Assembly: GCA_965235115.1 (NCBI GenBank)
Contig: OZ249444.1
Span: 29,884,001 to 29,948,000 of the forward strand
Direction: 5' to 3'
DNA: 64,000 nt
Source: Laetmonice hystrix
Taxonomy: Eukaryota
Below the pieces are notes generated by a model, which searched no databases, was not told the origin of the DNA, and saw only the letters and a program-made list of their open reading frames with translations. Positions 24,995 to 38,239 of this stretch are shown here, in pieces (position 1 is the first letter of the stretch; each line of letters begins with the position of its first letter). The position numbers and the translations under genes were made by a program.

Positions 24995-25440
24995 CGCTTT
25001 CCTCCTTCAGTCCTTCCTCTTCCAGTCCCTGTGCCAGTCCCGAAGGTGTTCCTCGAGTCCTCCTTGCGCCATTCCTTCCTCTAGTCCGTCTAGAAGCGGG
25101 CACTGTCCCGATCCTGTTCCTCCAGACCCTTCCCCAGTTCCTCCTGTAGCTCTTTAGGTTCCTTCGATCGAGTCCATACGTATCGGTCCCTCCTCCAGTC
25201 TCCAAGGCCCTCCTTCTTCCTCCAGCCCTTCCCATGTCGCTTCTTCAGTCTTTCAGTTCTTACTCCAATCCTCCAGTCCCAACTCAGTCCTCCTCCACTC
25301 CTCAATGCCCTCCTCCAGTCTCTCGTACACCTCAGTCCTTTAGTCCCTCCTCGTCTACCCCTAGTCCTCAGTCCTACTCCAGTCAACAGAGCATTCTTGC
25401 AGTCCGTCCTCTTCCACCCTCAGTCCTCAGTCTTCCTTGT
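24995..25440. repeat. Degenerate pyrimidine-rich low-complexity tract (CCTCCAGTC-like)
   Basis: Repeated CTCCAGTCC/CCTCAGTCC motifs. The minus strand reads as broken GLEEG-like peptides in changing frames. Confidence 0.7.
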
Positions 25441-25959
25441 GTTTCTATTCTCAGTTGAATTATACACGTCTTGTTGAGGTGACAACTATCATTCACAAAA
25501 TGTACAATTCACTCTGTATTGTACTAATCTGTTGTATGTAGGGTTCTCCTCTCCATCCCTAGAAACATTCAGGAGAATTTATAGGTAGATTCTGTTTGTT
25601 GAACACTTCTGTGTCCGGCCTAGAAATAACCTCCTGATCTTACTGACCTGACTTCGTCGTGTTTGTAGGAAGAAATCGATAATTTTTACGGCGGTTTGGA
25701 AAAACAGGTTTTGATGGTACAAGGAGGTTGATGAAGATCTAAATTGAATCCCGAGTATTTTTTGTACTTGTTGACGCTGTCCTTTCTTCGAGCAATCTCT
25801 TAAACATGCATGGAACTATCAGGTGTCACAGGAATGCTTCCCAGATTATTGGTTAAATCAAAGGCTGTCTGCTCGGGTATTTCATACATAACGGGCATGA
25901 GCACACATCTGAGACTGAGAAACGTTCTCCTGGGGTGGGTCCTCCTGGTCATCGCCTAG

Positions 25960-26507
25960 CGTTCTCCAGGAGGTGGGTCGTCCTAGCGTCCTCCAGGAGG
26001 TGGGTCGTCCTGGTGGGTCGTCCTGGTGGGTCGTCCTGGTGGGTCGTCCTGGAGTCCTCCAGGGGGTGGGTCGTCCTGGCGTCCTCCAGGAGGTGGGTCG
26101 TCCTAGCGTCCTCCAGGAGGTGGGTCGTCCTGGTGGGTCGTCCTAGCGTCCTCCAGGAGGTGTGTCGCCCTAGCGTCCTCCAGGAGGTGGGTCGTCCTGG
26201 CGTCTTCCAGGAGTTGGGTCGTCCTAGCGTCCTCCAGGAGGTGGGTCGTCCTGGCGTCCTCCAGGAGGTGGGTCGTCCTAGTGTCCTCCAGGAGGTGGGT
26301 CGTCCTAGTGGGTCATCCTGACGTCCTCCAGGAGGTGGGTCGTCCTGGCGTCCTCCAGGAGGTGGGTCGTCCTGGTGGGTCATCCTGACGTCCTCCAGGA
26401 GGTGGGTCGTCCTGGCGTCCTCCAGGAGGTGGTTCGTCCTAGTGTCCTCCAGGAGGTGGGTCGTCCTAGCGTCCTCCAGGAGGTGGGTCGTCCTAGCGTC
26501 CTCCAGG
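25960..26507. repeat. Minisatellite, about 27-bp unit with shorter variants
   Basis: Unit GGTGGGTCGTCCTAGCGTCCTCCAGGA. Confidence 0.94.
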
Positions 26508-27649
26508 AGAGACATGGATTGGTAGAGGACGTGCCACCCACAGACCTCGGGTTGTCGGGCTGCCACCAGTCCGTATCTCGAGGGAAGGGTGTATGGGATC
26601 AACCCAGGCCGCGCAGACCGCAGCAGTGCAGCCCTGCTTCCCTGATCACTTACATCACACACCAACAAATTGTAATGCATGACAGTTGTGCCTCATTTCG
26701 TAATCACTTTAAGATCGGCTTTCCCGCAGATCTGAAACGCGCCTTTTTACTGGCACAGTAATTGATGAAGTGGTGTTGGATTTCAAATGGGCCCTCAGCT
26801 GGGAGAATTCGTGTGGTGATTACAAAAACCCACCAAGGACTTATCAGAATTATTTTTTTATTCCCAAGAAATATTCAGAAATTCAGATCAAATCCCATTG
26901 ATCATTAAAGACCTATTGTCTGCTGCCATTGTCTCCGACTGATTCCTGCAGTAACGACTGCACTAAAGCAGAGATCATTTTACTATCCGCTCACTGTGCT
27001 CACTTAGTGTCCATAGTAATAAATGATCTCATTGACGTTTACCGCCAAAACTGAAACTCCACTAGCATTACACGCCGAGTGGTGATATTGGGAAGCGTCA
27101 GTTGTGAAAATCTCCAGTGTAATTTGTGATGTTAATATGGTATTACTGCCACCCGCACCCCTCCACCCCGAGTGAATGTCATTAATTGGTTCAGCCTCAC
27201 TTTTACGATGCTCTTTGAGAATGGTAATTCAGCAGTCAGAGCTGTGACGAGAACAGTATGTCCATTTCTTCATAATTAAACACAATGAATGGTAATCACC
27301 CACGGTGGCACTAGAAAATTAATATCCACCTCACAATCAGACATGAAAAAGGTTGGAACAATTTCTGGCCTATTTTCTTCGTTCAATGAATTTAGTTCAT
27401 GTAGAATTTTATTTTGAATGGAAAAATGACGGAACTACCTGCGTCGTACAGCCATTAGCTAAATGCTTCACGAATGACTTAAATTACAAGAGTGTACACA
27501 ATAATTACTGGGTAAAAAGCCTTGAGCTGAGCCTAATTATCTGGATCATATTAAAGAGAGTTACGTAATTCGGATGTTGTGGTGGGGAATGAGCACCTTA
27601 TCATGTTGGGAAGAAACGGTCAAAAGTTGGAAACGGTCAAGAGTGGGGG

Positions 27650-30600
27650 GAACAGATCACTCTGTCCTCCCAACCAACTCTCAGCTACCAGCGTCACCAT
27701 CCTGAGGGTTGGTGGTCTGGGGAACAGTTCACTCTGTCCTCCCAACCAACTCTCAGCTACCAACGTCACTTTCACCATCCTGAGGGTTGGTGGTCTGGGG
27801 AACAGTTCACTCTATCCTCCCAACCAACTCTCAGCTACCAACGTGACTTGTATCATCCTGAGGGTTGGTGGTCTGGGGAACAACTCACTCTGTCCTCCCA
27901 ACCAACTCTCAGCTACCAACGTCATCATCCTGAGGGTTGGTGGTCTGGGGAACAGTTCACTCTGTCCTCCCAACCAACTCTCAGCTACCAACGTCATCAT
28001 CCTGAGGGTTGGTGGTCTGGGGAACAGTTCACTCTGTCCTCCCAACCAACTCTCAGCTACCAACGTCATCATCCTGAGGGTTGGTGGTCGGGGGAACAAC
28101 TCACTCTGTCCTACCAACCAACTCTCAGCTACCAACGTCATCATCCTGAGGGTTGGTGGTCTGGGGAACAACTCACTCTGTCCTCCCAACCAACTCTCAG
28201 CTACCAACGTCATCATCCTGAGGGTTGGTGGTCTGGGGAACAACTCACTCTGTCCTCCCAACCAACTCTCAGCTACCAACGTCATCATCCTGAGGGTTGG
28301 GTGTCTGGGGAACAACTCACTCTGTCCTCCCAACCAACTCTCAGCTACCAACGTCACTTTCACCATCCTGAGGGTTGGTGGTCTGGGGAACAGTTCACTC
28401 TGTCCTCCCAACCAACTCTCAGCTACCAACGTCATCATCCTGAGGGTTGGTGGTCTGGGGAACAGTTCACTCTGTACTCCCAACCAACTCTCAGCTACCA
28501 ACGTCATCATCCTGAGGGTTGGTGGTCTGGGGAACAGTTCACTCTGTACTCCCAACCAACTCTCAGCTACCAACGTCATCATCCTGAGGGTTGGTGGTCT
28601 GGGGAACAGTTCACTCTGTCCTCCCAACCAACTCTCAGCTACCAACGTCATCATCCTGAGGGTTGGTGGTCTGGGGAACAGTTCACTCTGTCCTCCCAAC
28701 CAACTCTCAGCTACCAACGTCATCATCCTGAGGGTTGGTGGTCTGGGGAACAACTCACTCTGTCCTACCAACCAACTCTCAGCTACCAACGTCATCATCC
28801 TGAGGGTTGGTGGTCTGGGGAACAGTTCACTCTGTCCTCCCAACCAACTCTCAGCTACCAACGTCATCATCCTGAGGGTTGGTGGTCTGGGGAACAGTTC
28901 ACTCTGTCCTCCCAACCAACTCTCAGCTACCAACGTCATCATCCTGAGGGTTGGTGGTCGGGGGAACAGTTCACTCTGTCCTCCCAACCAACTCTCAGCT
29001 ACCAACGTCATCATCCTGAGGGTTGGTGGTCTGGGGAACAACTCACTCTGTCCTCCCAACCAACTCTCAGCTACCAACGTCACCATCCTGAGGGTTGGTG
29101 GTCTGGGGAACAACTCACTCTGTCCTCCCAACCAACTCTCAGCTACCAACGTCATCATCCTGAGGGTTGGTGGTCTGGGGAACAGTTCACTCTGTCCTCC
29201 CAACCAACTCTCAGCTACCAACGTCATCATCCTGAGGGTTGGTGGTCTGGGGAACAGTTCACTCTGTCCTCCCAACCAACTCTCAGCTACCAACGTCATC
29301 ATCCTGAGGGTTGGTGGTCTGGGGAACAGTTCACTCTGTCCTCCCAACCAACTCTCAGCTACCAACGTCATCATCCTGAGGGTTGGTGGTCTGGGGAACA
29401 ACTCACTCTGTCCTCCCAACCAACTCTCAGCTACCAACGTCATCATCCTGAGGGTTGGTGGTCTGGGGAACAGTTCACTCTGTCCTCCCAACCAACTCTC
29501 AGCTACCAACGTCATCATCCTGAGGGTTGGTGGTCTGGGGAACAACTCACTCTGTCCTCCCAACCAACTCTCAGCTACCAACGTCATCATCCTGAGGGTT
29601 GGTGGTCTGGGGAACAGTTCACTCTGTCCTCCCAACCAACTCTCAGCTACCAACGTCATCATCCTGAGGGTTGGTGGTCAGGGGAACAGTTCACTCTGTC
29701 CTCCCAACCAACTCTCAGCTACCAACGTCATCATCCTGAGGGTTGGTGGTCTGGGGAACAGTTCACTCTGTACTCCCAACCAACTCTCAGCTACCAACGT
29801 CATCATCCTGAGGGTTGGTGGTCTGGGGAACAACTCACTCTGTACTCCCAACCAACTCTCAGCTACCAACGTCACCATCCTGAGGGTTGGTGGTCTGGGG
29901 AACAGTTCACTCTGTCCTCCCAACCAACTCTCAGCTACCAACGTCATCATCCTGAGGGTTGGTGGTCTGGGGAACAACTCACTCTGTCCTCCCAACCAAC
30001 TCTCAGCTACCAACGTCACCATCCTGAGGGTTGGTGGTCTGGGGAACAACTCACTCTGTCCTCCCAACCAACTCTCAGCTACCAACGTCATCATCCTGAG
30101 GGTTGGTGGTCTGGGGAACAGTTCACTCTGTCCTCCCAACCAACTCTCAGCTACCAACGTCATCATCCTGAGGGTTGGTGGTCTGGGGAACAGTTCACTC
30201 TGTACTCCCAACCAACTCTCAGCTACCAACGTCACCATCCTGAGGGTTGGTGGTCTGGGGAACAGTTCACTCTGTCCTCCCAACAAACTCTCAGCTACCA
30301 ACGTCATCATCCTGAGGGTTGGTGGTCTGGGGAACAACTCACTCTGTCCTACCAACCAACTCTCAGCTACCAACGTCATCATCCTGAGGGTTGGTGGTCT
30401 GGGGAACAGTTCACTCTGTCCTCCCAACCAACTCTCAGCTACCAACGTCATCATCCTGAGGGTTGGTGGTCTGGGGAACAACTCACTCTGTCCTCCCAAC
30501 CAACTCTCAGCTACCAACGTCATCATCCTGAGGGTTGGTGGTCTGGGGAACAACTCACTCTGTCCTCCCAACCAACTCTCAGCTACCAAAGTCATCATCC

Positions 30601-32045
30601 TGAGGGTTGGTGGTCTGGGGAACAGTTCACTCTGCCCTCCCAACCAACTCTCAGCTACCAACGTCATCATCCTGAGGGTTGGTGGTCTGGGGAACAGTTC
30701 ACTCTGTACTCCCAACCAACTCTCAGCTACCAACGTCACCATCCTGAGGGTTGGTGGTCTGGGGAACAGTTCACTCTGTCCTCCCAACCAACTCTCAGCT
30801 ACCAACGTCACCATCCTGAGGGTTGGTGGTCTGGGGAACAACTCAATCTGTCCTCCCAACCAACTCTCAGCTACCAACGTCATCATCCTGAGGGTTGGTG
30901 GTCTGGGGAACAGTTCACTCTGTCCTCCCAACCAACTCTCAGCTACCAACGTCATCATCCTGAGGGTTGATGGTCTGGGGAACAGTTCACTCTGTCCTCC
31001 CAACCAACTCTCAGCTACCAACGTCACTTTCACCATCCTGAGGGTTGGTGGTCTGGGGAACAGTTCACTCTGTCCCCCCAACCAACTCTCAGCTACCAAC
31101 GTCATCATCCTGAGGGTTGGTGGTCTGGGGAACAACTCACTCTGTACTCCCAACCAACTCTCAGCTACCAACGTCATCATCCTGAGGGTTGGTGGTCTGG
31201 GGAACAGTTCACTCTGTCCTCCCAACCAACTCTCAGCTACCAACGTCATCATCCTGAGGGTTGGTGGTCTGGGGAACAACTCACTCTGTCCTCCCAACCA
31301 ACTCTCAGCTACCAACGTCATCATCCTGAGGGTTGGTGGTCTGGGGAACAACTCACTCTGTCCTCCCAACCAACTCTCAGCTACCAACGTCACCATCCTG
31401 AGGGTTGGTGGTCTGGGGAATAACTCATTCTGTCCTCCCAACCAACTCTCAGCTACCAACGTCATCATCCTGAGGGTTGGTGGTCTGGGGAACAGTTCAC
31501 TCTGTCCTCCCAACCAACTCTCAGCTACCAACGTGACTTGTACCATCCTGAGGGTTGGTGGTCTGGGGAACAACTCACTCTGTACTTCCAACCAACTCTC
31601 AGCTACCAACGTCATCATCCTGAGGGTTGGTGGTCTGGGGAACAGTTCACTCTGTCCTCCCAACCAACTCTCAGCTACCAACGTCATCATCCTGAGGGTT
31701 GGTGGTCTGGGGAACAACTCACTCTGTCCTCCCAACCAACTCTCAGCTACCAACGTCATCATCCTGAGGGTTGGTGGTCTGGGGAACAACTCACTCTGTC
31801 CTCCCAACCAACTCTCAGCTACCAACGTCACCATCCTGAGGGTTGGTGGTCTGGGGAACAACTCACTCTGTCCTCCCAACCAACTCTCAGCTACCAACGT
31901 CATCATCCTGAGGGTTGGTGGTCTGGGGAACAGTCCACTCTGTCCTCCCAACCAACTCTCAGCTACCAACGTCATCATCCTGAGGGTTGGTGGTCTGGGG
32001 AACAGTCCACTCTGTCCTCCCAACCAACTCTCAGCTACCAACGTG
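27650..32045. repeat. Large minisatellite, 72-bp unit, about 61 copies, each an imperfect hairpin
   Basis: Unit CAGTTCACTCTGTCCTCCCAACCAACTCTCAGCTACCAACGTCATCATCCTGAGGGTTGGTGGTCTGGGGAA. It produces the 1495-aa, 1040-aa, 815-aa and 616-aa ORFs. Confidence 0.98.
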
Positions 32046-32334
32046 ATTTTTATTGTCGTCACGTAAAAAAATCGGAATGAGAAATTACATTTTCTGCCTC
32101 TGTCATATTTTATTTCATATGCCAATCAACTGATTAAGATTTCTACAAAAAAATATTGGATAAAAAAGTCGACATATGAGCAAGCCAGGCAGAGAGATAA
32201 GGGTGGAATGGGAGAGTTTGTAGATTTATGACTGTTACATGCGGATGTATTCTTTATGTCTACGAGTGAGGTATGTGAGTCATTCATTGACATTATACAC
32301 AGCTGGTGGGCCACACCACGGCGGGGGGGGGGGA

Positions 32335-33076
32335 CTGGCTATGTGGATGAGGTCGGGTGGGGCCTGCTATGTGGATGAGGCCGGGTGTGACTGGCTATGT
32401 GGGTGAGACTGGCTATGTGGATGAGATCGGGTGGGACCTGCTATGTGGGTGAGACTGGCTATGTGGATGAGGCCGGGTGTGACTGGCTATGTGGATGAGG
32501 TCGGGTGGGACCTGCTATGTGGGTGAGACTGGCTATGTGGATGAGGTCGGGTGGGACCTGCTATGTGGGTGAGACTGGCTATGTGGATGAGGTCGGGTCA
32601 CTCGGGTGGGACCTGCTATGTGGGTGAGACTGGCTATGTGGATGAGGTCGGGTGGGACCTGCTATGTGGGTGAGACTGGTTATGTGGATGAGGTCGGGTG
32701 GGACCTGCTATGTGGGTGAGACTGGCTATGTGGATGAGGTCGGGTGGGACCTGCTATGTGGGGGAGACTGGCTATGTGGATGAGGTCGCGTGGGACCTGC
32801 TATGTGGGTGAGGCCGGGTGTGACTGGCTATGTGGATGAGGCCGGGTGGGACCTGCTATGTGGGTGAGACTGGTTATGTGGATGAGGTCGGGTGGGACCT
32901 GCTATGTGGGGGAGACTGGCTATGTGGATGAGGCCGGGTGTGACTGGCTATGTGGATGAGATCGGGTGGGACCTGCTATGTGGGTGAGACTGGTTATGTG
33001 GATGAGGTCGGGTGGGACCTGCTATGTGGGGGAGACTGGCTATGTGGATGAGGTCGGGTGGGACCTGCTATGTGGG
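32335..33076. repeat. Minisatellite, about 46-bp unit built of two CTATGTGG subunits
   Basis: Unit GGCTATGTGGATGAGGTCGGGTGGGACCTGCTATGTGGGTGAGACT. Confidence 0.95.
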
Positions 33077-33506
33077 TGGTTATGTGAATCCATGAAGTGC
33101 AGAGAGTTGGGCGGTTCGTCCTGTCCTTTATCTTGTACACCTAGATGTGGAGATAGCGTCTTTTGATACAGGGGCAGTGAAAGGGAAACAATGTGTGATA
33201 TTGAGCTATCAGAGTCCATTGAATTGTGCATCTCCATCATTAAGGGCTGTGTATACGTGTAGATCACCTAGAAGGTTCTGGTGTCATGTGAATCAATGTA
33301 GACATATAGAATGCACGTCACTCTCAATGTTGTTTGTTCAATATAGTATGTCGATATCTAATGTAACAGGTGTTTGGTGGCAAGATTGATGTCTAGGCGG
33401 ACAACAATAACCAATTGAATGATTTAAAGACAGACACAGGGACACAGGGATCGGGTAGATTGGGTGTCGATGGATCCGAACGATGTCCCAATGAACCTGT
33501 AGCTTA

Positions 33507-33672
33507 CCTGAGACAGGAGATAGTTAGAGACAGGGGTAATCCTTGTTGCCAAGGTAAGGGTACCTGAGACAGGAGATAGTCAGTGACAGAGGTCATCCTT
33601 GGCGCCAAGGTAAGGGTACCTGAGACAGGTGATAGTCAGAGACAGAGGTCATCATTGGCGCCAAGGTAAGGT
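33507..33672. repeat. 56-bp unit x3 carrying splice-like signals on both strands
   Basis: CCTGAGACAGG starts at 33507, 33563 and 33619. Each unit ends CCAAG|GTAAGG on the plus strand. Confidence 0.9.
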
Positions 33673-33767
33673 ATACATGATTGTGTGACGTATATCGAGT
33701 CGGCGTTTGCTCTCTGACGGCGCGGTGTGCAAGCAACGGCCGTTAATTCAACATGATTGACTGGATG

Positions 33768-35100
33768 GGTGTAGACAGACCGTGCCGGGGTGTAGACAGA
33801 CCGTGCCGGGGTGTAGACAGACCGTGCCGGGGTGTAGACAGACCGTGCTGGGGTGTAGACAGACCGTGTCGGGGTGTAGACAGATCGTGCCGGGGTGTAG
33901 ACAGATCGTGCCGGGGTGTAGACAGACCGTGCCGGGGTGTGGACAGACCGTGCCGGGGTGTGGACAGACCGTGCCGGGGTGTAGACAGACCGTGCCGGGG
34001 TGTAGACAGACCGTGCCGGGGTGTGGACAGACCGGGTGGAGACAGACCGTGCGGGGTGTAGACAGACCGTGCCGGGGTGTAGACAGACCGTGCCGGGGTG
34101 TAGACAGACCGTGCCGGGGTGTAGACAGACCGTGCCGGGGTGTAGACAGACCGTGCCGGGGTGGAGACAGACCGTGTCGGGGTGTAGACAGACCGTGCCG
34201 GGGTGTAGACAGACCGTGCCGGGGTGTAGACAGACCGTGCCGGGGTGTAGACAGACCGTGCCGGGGTGTAGACAGACCGTGCCGGGGTGGAGACAGACCG
34301 TGTCGGGGTGTAGACAGACCGTGCCGGGGTGTGGACAGACCGGGTGTAGACAGACCGTGCCAGGGTGTAGACAGACCGTGCCGGGGTGTAGACAGACCGT
34401 GCCGGGGTGTAGACAGACCGTGCCGGGGTGTAGACAGACCGTGCCGGGGTGGAGACAGACCGTGTCGGGGTGTAGACAGACCGTGCCGGGGTGTGGACAG
34501 ACCGGGTGTAGACAGACCGTGCCAGGGTGTAGACAGACCGTGCCGGGGTGTAGACAGACCGTGCCGGGGTGTAGACAGACCGTGCCGGGTGTGGACAGAC
34601 CGTGCCGGGGTGAAGACAGACCGTGCCGGCTGTGGACAGACCGTGCTGGGGTGAAGACAGACCGTGTCGGGGTGTGGACAGACCGGGTGGAGACAGACCG
34701 TGCCGGGGTGTAGACAGACCGGGCCGGGGTGAAGACAGACCGTGCCGGGGAGTAGACAGGCCGTGCCGGGTGTGGACAGACCGTGTCGGGGTGGAGACAG
34801 ACCGTGCCGGGGTGTGGACAGACCGTGCCGGGGTGTGGACAGACCGGGTGTAGACAGACCGTGCCGGGGTGAAGACAGACCGTGCCGGGGTGTGGACAGA
34901 CCGTGCCGGGGTGTGGACAGACCGGGTGTAGACAGACCGTGCCGGGGTGAAGACAGACCGTGCCGGGTGTGGACAGACCGTGTCGGGGTGGAGACAGACC
35001 GTGCCGGGGTGTGGACAGACCGGGTGGAGACAGACCGTGCCGGGGTGTAGACAGACCGTGCCGGGGTGAAGAGAGACCGTGCCGGGTGTGGACAGACCCG
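33768..35100. repeat. Minisatellite, 21-bp unit, about 60 copies with deletion variants
   Basis: Unit GTGTAGACAGACCGTGCCGGG. It is the source of the ORFs at 33636-35229. Confidence 0.97.
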
Positions 35101-37094
35101 GGTGTGGGGGGAGTTGAGCGGGAGAACGGTACGTTTAGACAGTAAGGGGCCCCAGGTCCCAGACTGTACGCCACCTCGCCAGGCCTCCTGAATTAACCAT
35201 AAAGTGACTGGTACAGTAACAGCTACCACTGACTCTAATGTACCCTACACACACGACCTTGATATCAGACAGAAAGCTAACAGTTTGTCGACCATTTCTA
35301 ACTGTTCTCTCTGTGTACACAGTGATCGTGCCGACCGTTCTCGTTTCTCGGTAGATGTAGGGTTGAAACTCGCATAAAATTAATGGTTTCTAATCAAGTC
35401 ATCACATCTCCTAGCCTGGTCCCCTGTGACTACCAGACGCATCCGCTATGTTAGGCCAGGTGCTGCCTGACCAAAAGCCGCGAAACGGAAGTGCTTAACT
35501 TCTGCTTCCGTTCCGTTGGTCAGCGTTAACAGAGTGACCGACTTCTGCTTGGAGGGTGGCTGGGAGTGGCCGACGTACATGCCCATGCGTACATGCAGAC
35601 CGTAGCAGGTGTGGGGACCGATGACGCTATCCAGAAAAGCGAGGACATTTAACACTTGTATTTTAAAGGGATTGACGAAAATATCTGTATCTTGTTGGAG
35701 AAATACGGAGGGTACGGAACTACCTCGTTGGCGTCCATGTTTTCGATGGGCCAATCACAACGCTTGCTTCGATTGGCCGTCACCAGGCTCTATATACATA
35801 GTCAATATAGTCCTGGGGACCAGGCTACACATCTCCAAATCATAGAAGCATCCATTCACCTCCTGGAATTTATTAGCTCCCACAGAACAGTCACAGTTTT
35901 AAAGAATCTTTCTGTAAAAGTGAATTGTTCCCAGTTGTTTTCCTATATGAGATGGCTGCATACACATCACATTGTTACGACAAGATAACGAAAATACAGC
36001 CGTCTGACGTCACTATAACCTACTGTATTATTGACCCACTCGCCGTATGCAAACACTTTGCTTGGAGTTAAAAGTTGCAATACATTTACCATGCCGCCAT
36101 GCTCTGCCTTCGGCTTGCATTTCAGAAGTGCATAATCCTCAATTGAGCGCGATCCAATATGTGTTTAAGACTGGTCCTGACTGGTTGGTGAGGTGCCGCC
36201 GAGGTTGGTGATTGCCCCCAGGTGTCTCTGCCTGTCTCCTTCCCCGTCAGATTGCTTACTAAGCCTCACTTTGATGATTGTAAACAAAGAGCGACCGCGA
36301 CGCTGCCCGCTTGCCGTCGCCGGGCTATCCTTGGCAAATCTTTGCAGTGTTAAGTGTATAACCATGATGTAGTGAGGGGATTGTATAGGAGTTTGATCTC
36401 CATGCAGAATGTAACGTTTTCAGGGGTTGCTAAGCCACCCCCCTGTTGTGTTTCCTGTGGGCCGTGATCATGGTAAGATAGTTTGGGTCGGGTCCACTGG
36501 AAAGGGCTTTAGCCTGTGGCTGATATGTAGGATTACGATTAGTCCAAACACCGGTATCTTAGAGATATATTGGGGCCATTTTAAAATATGCGTGACCCTT
36601 GTGTGCGGGCCGGGAGCTGTTGCATAATCCTTCCATCGTTAAAATACTGGTTGGTGAAACATTGCAAGAAGCACCGACAGGCCGTCACTGGGGACCGTCT
36701 CACAATCCATACGATACGTCAGATCGGTGGGTAGGAAAATACCAGGTCCTTTAACACATCGAGTAGTCGCGACAGGCAGGGGAAGATTAGAAATTCTGGG
36801 CCTCTGTGGTTGTAGGGATTTGTAAATCCTACCTTGGCCATTTGAATATCGACAGTTGTTGACATGGCATATACAACCACTGAAACTCTTGTGGTTCTGG
36901 TACGGTTCCTCTCATGGCATACAAGCAATGGCAGAGCGAAGGTTACAGCCGGAGCTCGGCCCAAGGCCCTCCAGAGGTTTATGTCGCTTACCATAGTACG
37001 TGATCCTGGTACAGGTCAATGTATTGAGAGAGCAGGCCCTTCTGACCAACGTACTGAGAAAGTGGACCGCCAAGACCAGTATTACTGAGACCAG

Positions 37095-37160
37095 GCCCCG
37101 GTTTCAGAAAGGCTCTAAGCAGCAAGCTTTACGCTAAGCAAAGCTACGGCAGCCCATAGG
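37095..37160 (+). mobile_element. Possible one-ended Harbinger-type MITE fragment
   Basis: CAG|GCCCCGGTTTCAGAAAG followed by CTAAGC/AAGCTT motifs resembling the 3321 element. No matching right end was found. Confidence 0.35.
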
Positions 37161-38239
37161 GACATAGGCCACAGATGCATAGACCTTTTGTGTTTTTAAA
37201 AGAAACGACCATCGCCAATGTGTACAGGCCAGACACACAGGCCGTGAACTTCTAAGCAAGCTAAAAAAGATTTGAACACAATTGGTGCTCAAATAGTTAA
37301 GACATAAGCACTTTAGTGCCGAAGCCTGCTGAGAGCCTGCTCAGCTGGTGGAGGCCGCCATAGCGTGTGCTCGTTGGGCTAAACCCAAATTGCGCATGCT
37401 CGACCTAGGCCTGACCAATCACAGCACGACTGCTCTCCAGTTTGGGAGGAACTAAAAACTGACGCACATGTTGCGTTGAACGATTCGGAAGGTAGCGAAC
37501 GTTGACAGCTTACTAGCTATATTTGTTTAGAACATAGACGAAAACCATCGATACTGATGATGAATGGCGAGGAATTAAGGCTACAGATACCCGGGTGTAT
37601 ATATATTAGGACGGACACGGATCTGGGCCGTGGGTTTCGGCCGCCTGCTTTCAATTCGTCCCGTTCGGAGGTGTGATGTTGACGGAGCTCAGCCCTGCTG
37701 CCGCTGGGCCCCCACTCTGACTACAACCGGGTACTGAGATCCGGGCAGTGTCAGCGCAGACCTGTTGTGACTGTGACTCCCATCGATTCGCCCACCCGCC
37801 TCGGCCGCCTTTAGCCTAGTCTAGCCTAGCCCCGACATCCCCGGCCTCAACTGATCAATTCAGCGCATGCTCAATAGATGCAAAGATGGGCACAAATGGC
37901 TGCGCCGCTTAAGCCAGTGATTTTGACACGGTTGTCATGTTCGACACATGACTTCTTGGAATGGGGGGGACATTTAATTCCAACCACTACTGTGAAAGGT
38001 GAGTATATAGAGGCCTTGCAGCTGTCCAAATGTGAGTTTTATCTGGACTTCTCCTTTAACTTTCTAGATTGATTTCCATCCACATATTCACAGTGATAAT
38101 AATTTAACCGTGGTGGTAATATTTTCGCCGCGATCATATTTCCACTGCCGTGAAAATATCCATGAAAATCAATGCTCCATTGGGCAGTGGACCGCACATA
38201 CCAGTGTACGGAGACGGTCTGCCGTTCACAGGAGTATAT

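Noticed and set aside
26650-26730. Minus-strand exon bounded by TTTCAG and GTAAGT
   Set aside because: Stops in all three frames.
27579-32066. Annotating the 1495-aa ORF as a gene
   Set aside because: It has a non-ATG start, no unique domain and no splice evidence, and the unit is stop-free in three frames by composition. Kept only as a finding.
33636-35229. Large Cys/Pro-rich ORFs (TVCLHPG, GVDRPCR)
   Set aside because: Translations of a 21-bp repeat with frequent frameshifting deletions.
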